Shown here: positions 8,826 through 19,811 of the stretch, piece after piece
How the letters are laid out: each line of letters begins with the position of its first letter
Numbering within the stretch: the stretch's first letter is position 1
NCBI GenBank assembly: GCA_963663225.1
Contig: OY760142.1
Span: forward strand, 832,001 to 896,000
DNA length: 64,000 bases
Direction: 5' to 3'
Source: Nitrospirota bacterium
Lineage (GTDB): Bacteria; Nitrospirota; UBA9217
Notes under the pieces: generated by a model
Told to the model about the DNA's origin: nothing
Seen by the model: the letters and a program-made list of their open reading frames with translations, nothing else
The model's database searches: none
Position numbers and translations under genes: made by a program

Positions 8826-10589
8826 TTAAAACACTCCCTTAACCTTCCCCGTTTCCACATCAACATCCACGCGGCGATATGCCGGGTCTGATGCAGTGCC
8901 GGGCATAAGCGTGATGGCGCCAGCGACAGGAACCACGAAGCCTGCTCCCTTGAAGGTCAGAATGTCTCTGATCCGGAGCCTCCAGCCTTTAGGCACTCCT
9001 TTCAGGTTCGGATTGTCCGTGAGCGAGAGATGGGTCTTTACCATGCAGGTGCCCATCTTGGCAAGCTCGGGATCGGCCTCCATTTTTTTGGCCTTGGCCT
9101 CTGCCTCGGGCGTGTAGTCCACACCGTCCGCGCCGTACACTTCTTTTGCGATCAGTTCAATGCGCTGGCGGAGCGGGGTGGTAAGCTCGTACAGGTACTT
9201 GAAGTCGTTCTTCTCATTGCACGCGTCAACGACCGCGTCCGCGAATTCCAAAGCGCCGTCGCCGCCTTTTTCCCAGTGGCGCGACAGGGCGACGCGGGCG
9301 CCGGCTGCTTCGGCAACGCGCCGGACCGTCTTGATTTCGTTCTCGGTGTCCGTGTAAAAAGCGTTGATGCAGACCACCGGATTGATGCCGGCCTTCTTCA
9401 CCGTCTTGATGTGATGGATCAGATTTTCGCAGCCTTTTTCCACCCATCCCACGTTCTCTCCCTTGTATTCATCCGGGACCGGCTTGCCCGGCACCGGAAT
9501 CGGCGCCCCGCCGTGGCACTTAAGCGCACGGATGGTGGCCACGACCACTGCCGCGTGCGGCTTGAGGCCTGACATGCGGCACTTGAGGTTCCAGAATTTT
9601 TCGAATCCGATGTCCGCGGCAAAACCTGATTCGGTGATTACATAGTCGCCGAGTTTGAGCGCCACCCGGTCCGCGATAATGGATGATTGGCCAATGGCGA
9701 TGTTCGCGAAGGGCCCCGCGTGCACGAACACGGGCTGTCCCTCGATGGTCTGGAGCAGGTTCGGATTCAGTGCCTCCACCATCCAGGCGGTCATGGCGCC
9801 GTCCACGCCGAGGTCAGCTGTAGTGACCGGCGTTCCGTCCTTGCTGTACGCCACCACGATCCTGCCCATGCGCTCGCGCATGTCTTTAAGATCCTTGGCA
9901 ACCGCAAGAATGGCCATGACTTCCGACGACACGGCAATGGCGAAGCCGGATTTCATCATGAACCCGTTGGATTTGCCGCCCATGCCGATGACAATCTCCC
10001 GGAGCGACTGCGCGCAGAAGTCGATGATCCACTTCATCTCGACATTGTGCGGGTCGATGTTCAGACGTTTCAGTTTTCTTTTTGCGAGCTGCTCATCCGT
10101 GTAGTTGAATTCGTGCTGCATGCGAGACGTCAGCGCGACCATGGCGAGGTTGTGCGCATTCATGATGGCGTTGATATCCCCGGTAAGGCCGAGGGAAAAC
10201 GGCGTGAGCGGAATGACCTGCGACAGACCGCCTCCCGCCGCGGAGCCCTTGATGTTCATGGTGGGGCCGCCGGAAGGCTGGCGAATCGTGGCGATCACGT
10301 TCTTTCCGCGCTTGCCCAGGCCCTGCGCCAGGCCGATGGTCGAAGTGGATTTCCCTTCGCCGAGAGGCGTCGGCGTGATTGCCGTTACGTCGATGTACTT
10401 GCCGTCCGGTTTGCCTTCAAAGCGTTTCAGCACGCTTTTGAAATCCACCTTTGCGATGAAATGACCGTGCGGCAGAAGTTCCTCTGTTTTCAGTCCCATC
10501 TTCTCCGCAATCTCCGAAATGGGTTTCATTCGTGTTTCAGCGTCTTCTGCAATTTCCCAATCTGCATGATTTTTTGGATCCAGTGCCAT
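8826..10589 (-). CDS. fhs: formate--tetrahydrofolate ligase
   Basis: [42 protein letters not shown]. Confidence 0.97.
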   Translation of the reverse strand: MALDPKNHADWEIAEDAETRMKPISEIAEKMGLKTEELLPHGHFIAKVDFKSVLKRFEGKPDGKYIDVTAITPTPLGEGKSTSTIGLAQGLGKRGKNVIATIRQPSGGPTMNIKGSAAGGGLSQVIPLTPFSLGLTGDINAIMNAHNLAMVALTSRMQHEFNYTDEQLAKRKLKRLNIDPHNVEMKWIIDFCAQSLREIVIGMGGKSNGFMMKSGFAIAVSSEVMAILAVAKDLKDMRERMGRIVVAYSKDGTPVTTADLGVDGAMTAWMVEALNPNLLQTIEGQPVFVHAGPFANIAIGQSSIIADRVALKLGDYVITESGFAADIGFEKFWNLKCRMSGLKPHAAVVVATIRALKCHGGAPIPVPGKPVPDEYKGENVGWVEKGCENLIHHIKTVKKAGINPVVCINAFYTDTENEIKTVRRVAEAAGARVALSRHWEKGGDGALEFADAVVDACNEKNDFKYLYELTTPLRQRIELIAKEVYGADGVDYTPEAEAKAKKMEADPELAKMGTCMVKTHLSLTDNPNLKGVPKGWRLRIRDILTFKGAGFVVPVAGAITLMPGTASDPAYRRVDVDVETGKVKGVF

Positions 10590-10655
10590 TCAGCATCCCC
10601 CCTTTAAAAGTTTGTTCAAACTGTTTGGATTGCGTGCATATCAATCAGTAAAATC

Positions 10656-13346
10656 TCATGCAATACGCTCAATACGTACCGCCGAAACTTTGAACTCCGG
10701 TATTTTACAAACAGGATCAAGCGCCGTATTGCTCGTCAGCACATTCGCGGCAGCCTCCTTGAAATGAAACGGAATGAACACGACGCCGCTGCCTGTTCTG
10801 TTGCTGATCCTGGCCTTTACCTGAATGGAACCGCGGCGTGAGGACACCTTCACCGGCATGCCCTCGCTGATGGAAAGAGCGGCCGCATCTTCGGAATTGA
10901 TCTCGATGTATGCCTCAGGGGCAACCCGGTCAATCGGCTTTACTTTTCTCGTCATCGTGCCGGTATGATATTGAAACAGCATTCTTCCGGTCGTGAGAAT
11001 GAACGGGTATTCCTTGTCAGGCTGCTCCACGGACGGTTTGTATGTCACGGTGGTAAACCTGCCTTTTCCTCGCGGAAAACCATCCTCAAATAGATGGGCG
11101 GTTCCGGGGTGGTCAGGCGTAGGACAGGGCCATTGCAGTCCGCCTTTGTCAATCCTGCCGTACGTCATGCCGGCAAGAGCGGTCCACGCTCTGGCGATTT
11201 CATTGAATACGTCCTCAGTGTGGTGATATAGCATGGCGCAACCCATGCGTTGTCCGAGCTGCATGATGATACGGGAATCCTTCATGGCCTGGCCCGGCGG
11301 GTTCACCGCCTGCCGGACGCGCTGTACGCGCCGCTCTGTATTGGTAAACGTGCCGGACTTCTCCGCAAAAACCGCGGCAGGCAGAACCACGTCCGCGAGC
11401 GCCGCTGTTTCCGTCATGAAGATGTCCTGGACCACGAGAAACTCAAGTGCCTTGAGCGCTTTCACGGTGTGTGCAACATCAGGGTCGCTCACGACCGGGT
11501 TTTCACCCATGATGTACATCGCCTTGAGCGCGCCTCTCTCCGCGGCAACAAGCATATCGGGAGCCGTCATTCCTTCCCTGTCGGAAAGCCCGGCCTGCCA
11601 GAGTGTTTCGAATTTCTCCCTGGTTGCGGGATCGGTCACGCGCTGGTATCCGGGATAGGTGTTCGGAATGCATCCCATGTCCGTGGCCCCCTGCACATTA
11701 TTCTGGCCCCGCAGCGGATTTACCCCTCCGCCTTCCCTGCCAAGGTTTCCCGTCAAGAGCGCGAGGTTTGCAACCGAAAATACGTTGTCCGTGCCGTGCG
11801 AATGCTGGGTGATGCCCATGGTGTAATAGATTCCGGCCTTGTCCGCTTCCGCATACATGCGGGCGGCTCTTATGATCGTATCTTTCGGGACACCGGTTAT
11901 TTTTTCAGCCCACTCAGGTGTGTATCCGTTGAGATTGTTTTTGAACGTCGCATCGAACCCTTCGGTCCTGGACGCGATAAAATCGAGGTCGGCCAATTCT
12001 TCCTGCAGAATCACCTGCATCATCGCGTTCAAAAGAGCGACGTCTGTTCCTGGCCGGTGCTGCATCCATATGTCCGCAAACCGCACAAGCGGAACCTTCC
12101 GCGGGTCAGCTATGATCAGCTTCGAGCCGTTCTTTTTTGCCTTGATCATCCTGAGAGCTATGATGGGGTGGTTTTCCTTGGTGTTCGAACCGATGACAAA
12201 CAGCACGTCGGTGTTCTCAATCTCCGCAATGGAATTTGTCATTGCGCCAGAACCGAATACTGTGGCCAGACCGGCCACCGTTGCGCTGTGTCAGTACCGG
12301 GCGCAGTGGTCCACGTTGTTCGTGCCGACCGCAGCGCGCATGAATTTCTGGAAGAGATAGTTTTCTTCATTGGTACACCGCGCGGAGCTGAGCCCCCCGA
12401 TTGAATCAGGACCATGTTCCTTCCGTATTGCGGTAAGCCTTTCCGCTGTGTACTGAAGCGCTTCGTCCCATGAAACTTTGACAAAGACGCCGTTTTTTCT
12501 GATGAGCGGCGTGGTGAGACGCTCGGGGCTCTGGATGAAGCTGCTGCCGAACCTTCCCTTTACGCAGAGCCATCCTTCGTTCACCGTGTCCGGGCGTGAC
12601 GCCACGCGCACCACGGTGTTTCTGATTACGTGCAGGGTAAGGTTGCATCCGCACCCGCAGTACGGGCAAACTGTGTCGATCAACCGAACGTCTTTCAACC
12701 GCCCCCTGCCGAGTGATTCTTTGCCGGTCAGCGCGCCGGTCGGGCAGACGCTCACGCACTGGCCGCAGAACTCGCATTCGAGCCCTTTTCCTCCGGGCGT
12801 CGAGACCCTGGCATGAAAACCGCGGAAGGCGAAATCGATCGCGCTTACTCCCTGCACCTGATTGCACGCACGCACGCATTTGCCGCACAGGATGCACTTC
12901 TCCATGTCCCAGTCGATGAAGGGATTTTCATTTTTTTCAGAAGCGGATTTTTTTTCGCCGGAAAAGCGGCTTGTCTTCAGATTGTAAAAATAAAACAATT
13001 CCTGCAGGGTGCAGTCGCCCGCCTTTTCGCACAGCATGCAGTCGTTCGGATGACCGGCAAGAATCAGTTCAAGAATGGTTCGGCGCAGGCGCTCTATCTC
13101 GTCGTTCGAAGTTTCAATCTCCATGCCGTCCGCCGCGGGCGTCGTGCAGGCGGTTACCAGTTTCGGCATGCCCTTGATCTGGACAAGGCAGAGCCTGCAT
13201 CCGCCGTAGGGTTCCAGCCGCTGGTCGTCGCAGAGCGTGGGAATGTACATGCCATTCCTGCGCGCCGCTTCGAGGATTGTGGTCCCCTTTGGCACGCTCA
13301 CCTGTTTTCCGTCAATCGCGAGTGCAATCATGTTCTGTTGTGTCAT
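10656..13346 (-). CDS. fdhF: selenocysteine-containing formate dehydrogenase alpha subunit (896 aa) with N-terminal 2Fe-2S/4Fe-4S domains
   Basis: ORFs 12291..13391 and 10656..12278 are in frame across one TGA (12291-12293), giving NNVDHCARY-U-HSATVAGL; CPYCGCGC, LRGQNNVQG; SECIS-like hairpin follows the TGA. Confidence 0.93.
12262..12293 (-). promoter_or_regulatory. Sec UGA codon and bacterial SECIS hairpin
   Basis: UGA CACAGCGCAACG GUGGCC GGUCU GGCCAC; the stem starts 12 nt after UGA with a GGUCU apex resembling the E. coli fdhF SECIS. Confidence 0.85.
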
Positions 13347-13412
13347 GGTTCGTGAAGTATGCGGATGTTTTGCTGGAGTATTTTCTGCCAACGCTGCCGC
13401 GAATTTCGGAAA

Positions 13413-15593
13413 TCAGAACATCGGCTCCATGGCGAGCGCGGGATGGTTCTTTTCCGTAAGAAACACCATCAGGGCATCAATATCTTCAGCCGCGGTTTCG
13501 TCGGCGATTCTGTCCATGAGGTCGGGCACACCCTCTTCTTCGGCCCTTTGTTTAAACTGCTCGGCAAACGTCTCTTTCAAATTTTTGGTCATCCAGACAA
13601 TGCGCTTGAAGCCGCCGTCTGCCTGAAGAAACTTTTTGCTCAGCAAAAAGAACCGCCCCACCCCCATGAAGCCGGGTGTCTGGACGCCCCCGCCCACCAT
13701 GCCTGCCAGCGCGGAAAACTTCATGCCGATGGGGGTCATGCCCGCATGACCGCGGTGCACCACCATCACGCCGTTCGCCTCCGGCACGATTGCGACAATG
13801 CATTCAAAGCACCCGCAGGACGTCATGGGATTGTCCATGATGGTGTAGGCGTTGAAGGTTTCAAGCGCCTGGTGGGACGCGTGGAAAAGGTAATCGTCCA
13901 CGCCCTTCCAGCGGCCTTTTTTTGCGTCAAGCGTTTCGATCTTTTTAATGGGCTGGTTTGCTCCGTTCGGATCTATCTCATACGCGGCCCTGGCGTCCAG
14001 CCAGTTGTACGCGCCGCACAGGCCCAGCCGCTCCGGCGTCACAATGCAGACATGGTTCGGCGCAAAGCTCTGGCACAGAAGGCAGGAATAGAACGTGTCA
14101 ACGGACTCATCCGTCATGGCTGCAAGCCGCACGTCCCGCTCAACGTACGCTTTCTGTGCGTCCGCGAGCAGCTTCCGGATGTCGGCGTCGTCGATGCAAA
14201 GAGTTACCTGCACCTTGTCCACGATATTGGCGAACTTGTGCTTGATCTGGGTCGTGAGAATATCCCCAAGATGCCTCAACTGGAAGCCGTCCTGCAGTGC
14301 GTTTTTGCTGATTCGCAACCAGTTCTGGTCCCGCTGGCCCATGTGCCAGATGCCCTGGGCTTCATTGATGAAGTAATGGATCTTCCGTTCGAGCACCGGC
14401 TCGAAGTCCTTCTGCATCTTCTTGCCCGCGACTTCCACCACAATGCCGAGCGGCATCTGTCCGCCCTGCCGGTACCGGTCCTCGGCGCCGGCCCCCGCAA
14501 TAATGACCTTGCCGTCTTCAACCGTCCCGAGTTCCGCGGTCCGGAGCCATTCAAAGGAGGGCGTGCGCTGGCCCCCGAATTCGACATGCGTGTCTTCCTT
14601 GCGGACGCGTTCGCCTTCAAAGGCGGGACCGAACGCGACCGGAATCGGGGGTTTTGATACGGTTATTTTGAGGCCGCGCACTTCAAGGCACCGGTCCACG
14701 ATTTTGGCGGAATCAAGCTCCTTCTCGATAGCCTCGTTGGCGGTAATGCCGGGAAGTTTGAGCACGGGGACATCCGTATTGCACACGACGGGAAACCCCA
14801 TGTTGATCGCGCCCGCGCCGGTGGCGATGATCGTTTCGTTCACCGGGCCGAGCACCATGACAAAAGCGAACACTTTTTCCCTGCAGTACTTCAGAATGTT
14901 TGCCCTGTCTCCGCCTTTCAGTCCGCCGAACGTGAGGCTCGCCCGCGCGGCCCAATTGATGGCATACACGGCATGCTCCACGTCGGGACCGAGAGGAACA
15001 AGGCGGGTGTCCAGTCCGAGCTGGACCCCTTTCCGTAGCAGCTGCTTGGTCATGCTGTCGCCGTTCACATTCCCGCACAGGATGGTCAGCATGTTTTTCT
15101 GCTGCAGATCGCGGGCGATCCTGACGGCCTGATCGTCGTCATCGGCAGCGCCCACGATGCACGCAAACCCGGGCATGGAGCCGTCCACAAGCTGGACGCC
15201 GAGATGCCGCAGAACGGTGTCCGAGATGAAGCCGTTGTAAGCAGGCCCGATTGCGTCGTCCTTCACGGGTTCCAGGCCATAGAGGCCGCGGAGAGCCATG
15301 ATCATCTCCTGTGCGAAGAGCGTCGCCATGCCCGCGTCCAGCACCCCTGCCATCGTGTTTTCCTTGGGGACCAGCGGTTTTACATGCCGCTCAAGAACGG
15401 TCTTCATGTCGCCCGCGGTCCTCACCTCAAACCCGGTCATGGAGAACAGGAGCGGGAGGAAGTAGGCCGTGTCCGGAAATTCAACCGCGCAATCCGCACC
15501 TTTTTCACGAACGGCCTTCTGAACAAGATCGTCGGCCTGCTGCAGATAATGATGCAGGCCCTGCATGGCGCCTGCAATAATGACTTCCGACAT
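13413..15593 (-). CDS. acsB: acetyl-CoA synthase (ACS), bacterial type
   Basis: FPDTAYFLP N-terminal domain, FYSCLLCQSFAPNHVC, ERLGLCGA, PMTSCGCFEC A-cluster motifs. Confidence 0.96.
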   Translation of the reverse strand: MSEVIIAGAMQGLHHYLQQADDLVQKAVREKGADCAVEFPDTAYFLPLLFSMTGFEVRTAGDMKTVLERHVKPLVPKENTMAGVLDAGMATLFAQEMIMALRGLYGLEPVKDDAIGPAYNGFISDTVLRHLGVQLVDGSMPGFACIVGAADDDDQAVRIARDLQQKNMLTILCGNVNGDSMTKQLLRKGVQLGLDTRLVPLGPDVEHAVYAINWAARASLTFGGLKGGDRANILKYCREKVFAFVMVLGPVNETIIATGAGAINMGFPVVCNTDVPVLKLPGITANEAIEKELDSAKIVDRCLEVRGLKITVSKPPIPVAFGPAFEGERVRKEDTHVEFGGQRTPSFEWLRTAELGTVEDGKVIIAGAGAEDRYRQGGQMPLGIVVEVAGKKMQKDFEPVLERKIHYFINEAQGIWHMGQRDQNWLRISKNALQDGFQLRHLGDILTTQIKHKFANIVDKVQVTLCIDDADIRKLLADAQKAYVERDVRLAAMTDESVDTFYSCLLCQSFAPNHVCIVTPERLGLCGAYNWLDARAAYEIDPNGANQPIKKIETLDAKKGRWKGVDDYLFHASHQALETFNAYTIMDNPMTSCGCFECIVAIVPEANGVMVVHRGHAGMTPIGMKFSALAGMVGGGVQTPGFMGVGRFFLLSKKFLQADGGFKRIVWMTKNLKETFAEQFKQRAEEEGVPDLMDRIADETAAEDIDALMVFLTEKNHPALAMEPMF

Positions 15594-15626
15594 GAACAAC
15601 CCCTGAATAGCGTGAATGATTTTTGG

Positions 15627-16967
15627 CTATGCCCGCGCCTTTAAAAAACCCGGCAGTTGGTTTGCCTCGCGCGGTCCGACAATGATCTTCCAGCCCGGCA
15701 GTTTTTCCTCAAGCGCACCCGAAATAATCGCGACATATCCGGGAATGATCAGCTCCCGGTGGCTGATGTTTTTCTCGGCCCCGCTTTCAACGATAAACTG
15801 CGCGATTTTGCTGGCCGTGAATTTTCCGGCGGCCCACGCCGTCAACACCGACATGCCTTCATTATCCATGATGGCAAGCCAGGACGGCACCTTGCTGTTC
15901 TCGATTTCTCCGCGGACGATAAAATACGTGAGTGAAAAGTTGGTGGTGACGATAAGCGGGGATTTTTCCCCGGCATCGCCCACTTTGTAAATGTTCTGCG
16001 CAACCTGCATCGGCACCTGAGGGTCCGTGTAGATGTTCTGACGGAGCGACAGCAGGGCCAGCATTTTCCATTTTTCGACGCTGTCAAGCACGATGAGGGA
16101 GGCGTATTTCATGATACCGATGGCCGCGGCCATTGCCCCGGCGAGAGTGCTTTCCTCCCGTGCGAAACTGATTATCGGATAACCGAGCGATTTGAAGTTC
16201 TTTTTGATCGCCGCACGGCGGATGATCGTATAGTGCTGCACCATGTCCCCGGCAGTGCGCGCGCCCGAGTCGAGGACCAAATCTTCAATGCCGAGTCCCT
16301 TCATTTTTTCCGAAAGCGCGGCAAGGGCATCAAGCCCGTCAGCCGACACGACGAGCGGCGCTTTTTTCTCCTTCGCGATCCTGGCCATTGCTTCCGCATT
16401 TCCGGCTGTGGCTGCGTAGAGCAGCGGCCGTTTGTCCGCGCAGTGGGCCAGGCCCGCTTCAATCGTCGCGGGGTCCTTGCTCATAAGAACAAGAGGAATG
16501 TCCGGCGCCGTGGTGGCAACCTGCTTTACCACGGAAGCGAAGGCCGCGCTGTCACCGCCTTCGTCCGATATTGCGATCGCTTCCACCCGCAGCTTCTGGC
16601 CGACCCGGTCAATCTCCGATGCCTTGACCGCTTCGATTTTTGCCGCCGCGGCATCGCCCGCTTCGGAAGCCTTGATCGCTACGGCAAGCACGCAGGGGTT
16701 GTAAAATTTTTTTTCATGCCTGAACAGGCATATCTCGTCGCCCGCCTTCACCGCCTTCGCGCCCGCGCCGATGGCAACGGACCGGATCGGCGGCGCTGCC
16801 GCTTCGCCCAGGATTTTTTTCGCCTCTTCAGAAGCGTCCGGACAGGCATCAAGGTTTGCCTGCTTGGCGGCAAGCTTCATGGCAAACGCCAGGCAGGTGG
16901 GATGACCGCATTTTTTGCAGTTGGATTTCGGCAATAATTTGAAAATTTCGATACCCGAAAGCGCCAT
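15627..16967 (-). CDS. acsC: corrinoid iron-sulfur protein large subunit
   Basis: LPKSNCKKCGHPTCLAFAM, NIYTDPQ, TTNFSLTYF, SVLTAWAAGKF. Confidence 0.96.
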   Translation of the reverse strand: MALSGIEIFKLLPKSNCKKCGHPTCLAFAMKLAAKQANLDACPDASEEAKKILGEAAAPPIRSVAIGAGAKAVKAGDEICLFRHEKKFYNPCVLAVAIKASEAGDAAAAKIEAVKASEIDRVGQKLRVEAIAISDEGGDSAAFASVVKQVATTAPDIPLVLMSKDPATIEAGLAHCADKRPLLYAATAGNAEAMARIAKEKKAPLVVSADGLDALAALSEKMKGLGIEDLVLDSGARTAGDMVQHYTIIRRAAIKKNFKSLGYPIISFAREESTLAGAMAAAIGIMKYASLIVLDSVEKWKMLALLSLRQNIYTDPQVPMQVAQNIYKVGDAGEKSPLIVTTNFSLTYFIVRGEIENSKVPSWLAIMDNEGMSVLTAWAAGKFTASKIAQFIVESGAEKNISHRELIIPGYVAIISGALEEKLPGWKIIVGPREANQLPGFLKARA

Positions 16968-16991
16968 GTCACGTTCCTTTCAGAGAAAAGC

Positions 16992-17933
16992 TTAACCCAG
17001 CAATTCTGCTATTGTTTCTTTTGTTTTTATCACAGCGCCCGGATGGCGCATGATCAGCAGATCGGCGCCCGAGACCAGCATGGCCGAGGCAGTGACCGCC
17101 TCCCACGCAAGCGCCCGGTCCTCAAGGGCTCCCCACTCCGCGGCTTCGGATTCCGGCGCAATGGTTTCCTTGACCTTCCAAACCTGCTCACCGATATCGC
17201 AGACAATGGGCGTCTGCATCATCTGGTCATTCTGCAGGAGCGCGGCCAGGCGGATACGCTCCATAACGCTGTAGGTATACTCAAGGCCGTACCCGAGCGC
17301 CGACGACATCGGGTCGATGATGATCCGCTCCCTGTCGAGTCCCATCTGCGTCAGCAGGATGTTGAGCTGTTTTGCCAGGTTCACATCGAGCTGGCTCATG
17401 GCGATCAGCTTATGGTCGTTTGCCATCGCTGCCGCGGCCACGGTCTTATAGTTCTCTTCAACCGCCTTGCCGATCGCGCAGTTTTTGCCGCGCGTGGCCG
17501 CTGCAGCAGCCTGGAGCACCTGGCCGTCTTTTTCCGCGTGGCCGCTGCCGAGAAGAATCAGGGGAATGTCGATGGCCGCAGCCACTTCGCCTGCAATCCG
17601 GGCGGCGTCCTCCGCACTCCTGTTCTGCTGGTCCGGGTGCGTGCCCATGAGCCTGAGCGCCACCATGTCCGCCCCGTTCTGCTGGCAGAATTTCGCCCAC
17701 TGCACCGGCGAAGACGCCGCGACGCCGATTGCCTTTTTCACCGTCTCAGGCCAGTCTGCGGGAGCGCTGTCCGTGATCTCCATCGCCAGGGCGGGTTTGT
17801 TCGGAAACGATCCTTCGAACCTCAGGAAGGGAAGCGCCGTCGCCCCGCCGATAGTCACCGCTTGTGCGCCGGTCCCGATCTGCACAGTATATATTTTCCC
17901 GGTATAGTTCTCTTTCGGAACGGTCAATGCCAT
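16992..17933 (-). CDS. acsD: corrinoid iron-sulfur protein small subunit
   Basis: DVNLAKQLN, ALGYGLEYTYSVMERIRLAAL, MRHP. Confidence 0.95.
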   Translation of the reverse strand: MALTVPKENYTGKIYTVQIGTGAQAVTIGGATALPFLRFEGSFPNKPALAMEITDSAPADWPETVKKAIGVAASSPVQWAKFCQQNGADMVALRLMGTHPDQQNRSAEDAARIAGEVAAAIDIPLILLGSGHAEKDGQVLQAAAAATRGKNCAIGKAVEENYKTVAAAAMANDHKLIAMSQLDVNLAKQLNILLTQMGLDRERIIIDPMSSALGYGLEYTYSVMERIRLAALLQNDQMMQTPIVCDIGEQVWKVKETIAPESEAAEWGALEDRALAWEAVTASAMLVSGADLLIMRHPGAVIKTKETIAELLG

Positions 17934-18042
17934 GAATGCCTCCGTGTTGATTTGTCACGCGGGCCGTCACTTCGTTTTCGACGGCACTATTTTTTCACGC
18001 CTCCGTGCGGGACGCGCGATCCATTTTATCTCCGGTATTCCG

Positions 18043-18834
18043 CTATTCCATGTCCAGATAAGAGTGGGCGTACATGGTTTTGCCCATGATCATCTCCACT
18101 GTTTTTGCGGTGTCCATCATATCCTTGTCAAGCGGATCAATGATGGCCGCCGTAAGTCCCGCTTCGATAAGCAGGGCGAAAAAATTGCGGTTGATGATGG
18201 GGCGCACCTGCTTCGGGGCACCGTTCGAGACATTGGAAAGACCCACCAGGCTTTTCATCGGAGGGTCGTTCAGGTCCTTGAACATGCGGACGGCGCGGAT
18301 CGCCTGCCAGGCCTGGTCCTGCATGGAGCATATCTGGAGGATGAGGGGATCCAGAAAAATGTTCTCGAGCGGCATGCCGTATTCCATGGCGCGCGCCATG
18401 ATCTCGGAGGCGATAACACACCGGTCTTCCGCGTCCGCGGGCAGTCCTCCCTTGCCGAGCGTGAGCGCGATGACGCTGGTGTTGTATTTCGCAGCCAGTT
18501 CCATCATCGGAAATTTTTCGGGTTCGTTTGATGTGGAGTTCACGATGGGGAGTCCCCACTGGTTGTTATGCGCCTTGATGCCGGCCTCCATGGCCTTCAC
18601 GTTCGTCGTATCGAGGCACAGAGGCTTTTGCACGACTTCCTGCACTACTTTCACGGACCAGTCCATGAGTTCCGGGCCGTTTTCCTCCGCGGGACCGATC
18701 GAGACGTCGATGTAATTGGCCCCCGCGTTTGCCTGGGCAACAGCAAGGTCCTGCAGCGGTCTGGCATCGCGGTTCGTCATCGCCTCGCGCACTTTTTTCG
18801 CCATGACGCTGATTTTTTCTCCAATTATGATCAT
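18043..18834 (-). CDS. acsE: methyl-THF:corrinoid iron-sulfur protein methyltransferase
   Basis: Pterin-binding barrel motifs IIIGEKI, LCLDTTN, IFLDP, GLSNVSNG; acs context. Confidence 0.9.
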   Translation of the reverse strand: MIIIGEKISVMAKKVREAMTNRDARPLQDLAVAQANAGANYIDVSIGPAEENGPELMDWSVKVVQEVVQKPLCLDTTNVKAMEAGIKAHNNQWGLPIVNSTSNEPEKFPMMELAAKYNTSVIALTLGKGGLPADAEDRCVIASEIMARAMEYGMPLENIFLDPLILQICSMQDQAWQAIRAVRMFKDLNDPPMKSLVGLSNVSNGAPKQVRPIINRNFFALLIEAGLTAAIIDPLDKDMMDTAKTVEMIMGKTMYAHSYLDME

Positions 18835-18878
18835 GCCGGAAATCTCCTTTTTTCTGAACGCACGCTTTGCGCGCGCCG

Positions 18879-19811
18879 TTAATCCGTCGTGTCTATCGCC
18901 TTCAGCAGCTTCTCTATTGTTTCCGGCGTCAGACTTCCCTTGTCTCTCGCCACATCGATGGTATGCTGCGCCAATGAGCAGTACAGATCAAGCAGCTCCG
19001 GCGCCCTCTTCCGCATGGCGTCCACGTGGTCGCGAACGGTTTCCACATCACCGCGGGCGATCGGGCCGGTAAGCGCCGCGGAAACTCCCACGGCCTCTAT
19101 GTTCGCGAGCGTTCCTTTGATAAGCGGGAGCACGGCCTTGAGGGCCTCCTGTTTCTCCGCTCCCAGCGTCTGATAGAACTTGAGACCATAGTCCACCAGC
19201 GCGACGAAGTAATTGGACACGGCCACCGCGCCCGCGTGGTACAGCGCTGTCGAACTTCTATCGGGGCTCCAGTTCGGCATGCTCAGTTCAATGCCGCCTA
19301 ATGCTTTCACGATAGCTGCCGCCGCGTCACGCGCTTCCGTATCCGCTTCGATCCTGAAATAGGACCCCGGAATATTCAGGATGCCGAGTTCCCTGCTCGG
19401 AATCGACTGGAGCGGATGAACTACCGCGCGAAACGCACCAACCAGCCGCGCAGACTGCAGCAGATCAAGAGAATGGGCGCCGGATGTGTGCACAACCAGC
19501 GAACCCGGCTTTAAACCGTTCTTCCGGGAAATAGCCGTACACAGGTCGTTGATCGCATCATCCGGAGCGGTCAGGAAAACCACCTCTGCCATCGACGCGG
19601 CCTGCACTGCGTCGGTCATCGGCGTTCCGGAGCCGATAAAACGGGAGGCCCGTTCCGCGGACGCCATTGTGCGCGCCGTGACCGCGGTCACGGCATACCC
19701 TTTCTGCTTGAGCAGAAATCCCACTGCGCTGCCGGTGCGGCCGGCGCCAATGATTGCAACGGTTTTTTTTACGGCGGGTGTGCTTCCGTCAGCAGCTTTG
19801 CGTTTCATCAT
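18879..19811 (-). CDS. Rossmann-like + DUF2520 oxidoreductase (PanG-like candidate ketopantoate reductase)
   Basis: IIGAGRTG, HTSGA, HPLQS, LYHAGAV, ALTGPIARGD. Confidence 0.82.
   Translation of the reverse strand: MMKRKAADGSTPAVKKTVAIIGAGRTGSAVGFLLKQKGYAVTAVTARTMASAERASRFIGSGTPMTDAVQAASMAEVVFLTAPDDAINDLCTAISRKNGLKPGSLVVHTSGAHSLDLLQSARLVGAFRAVVHPLQSIPSRELGILNIPGSYFRIEADTEARDAAAAIVKALGGIELSMPNWSPDRSSTALYHAGAVAVSNYFVALVDYGLKFYQTLGAEKQEALKAVLPLIKGTLANIEAVGVSAALTGPIARGDVETVRDHVDAMRKRAPELLDLYCSLAQHTIDVARDKGSLTPETIEKLLKAIDTTD

Noticed and set aside
12279-12293. fdhF as a pseudogene or two genes
   Set aside because: The single stop is UGA at the Sec position, in frame, with a SECIS-like hairpin
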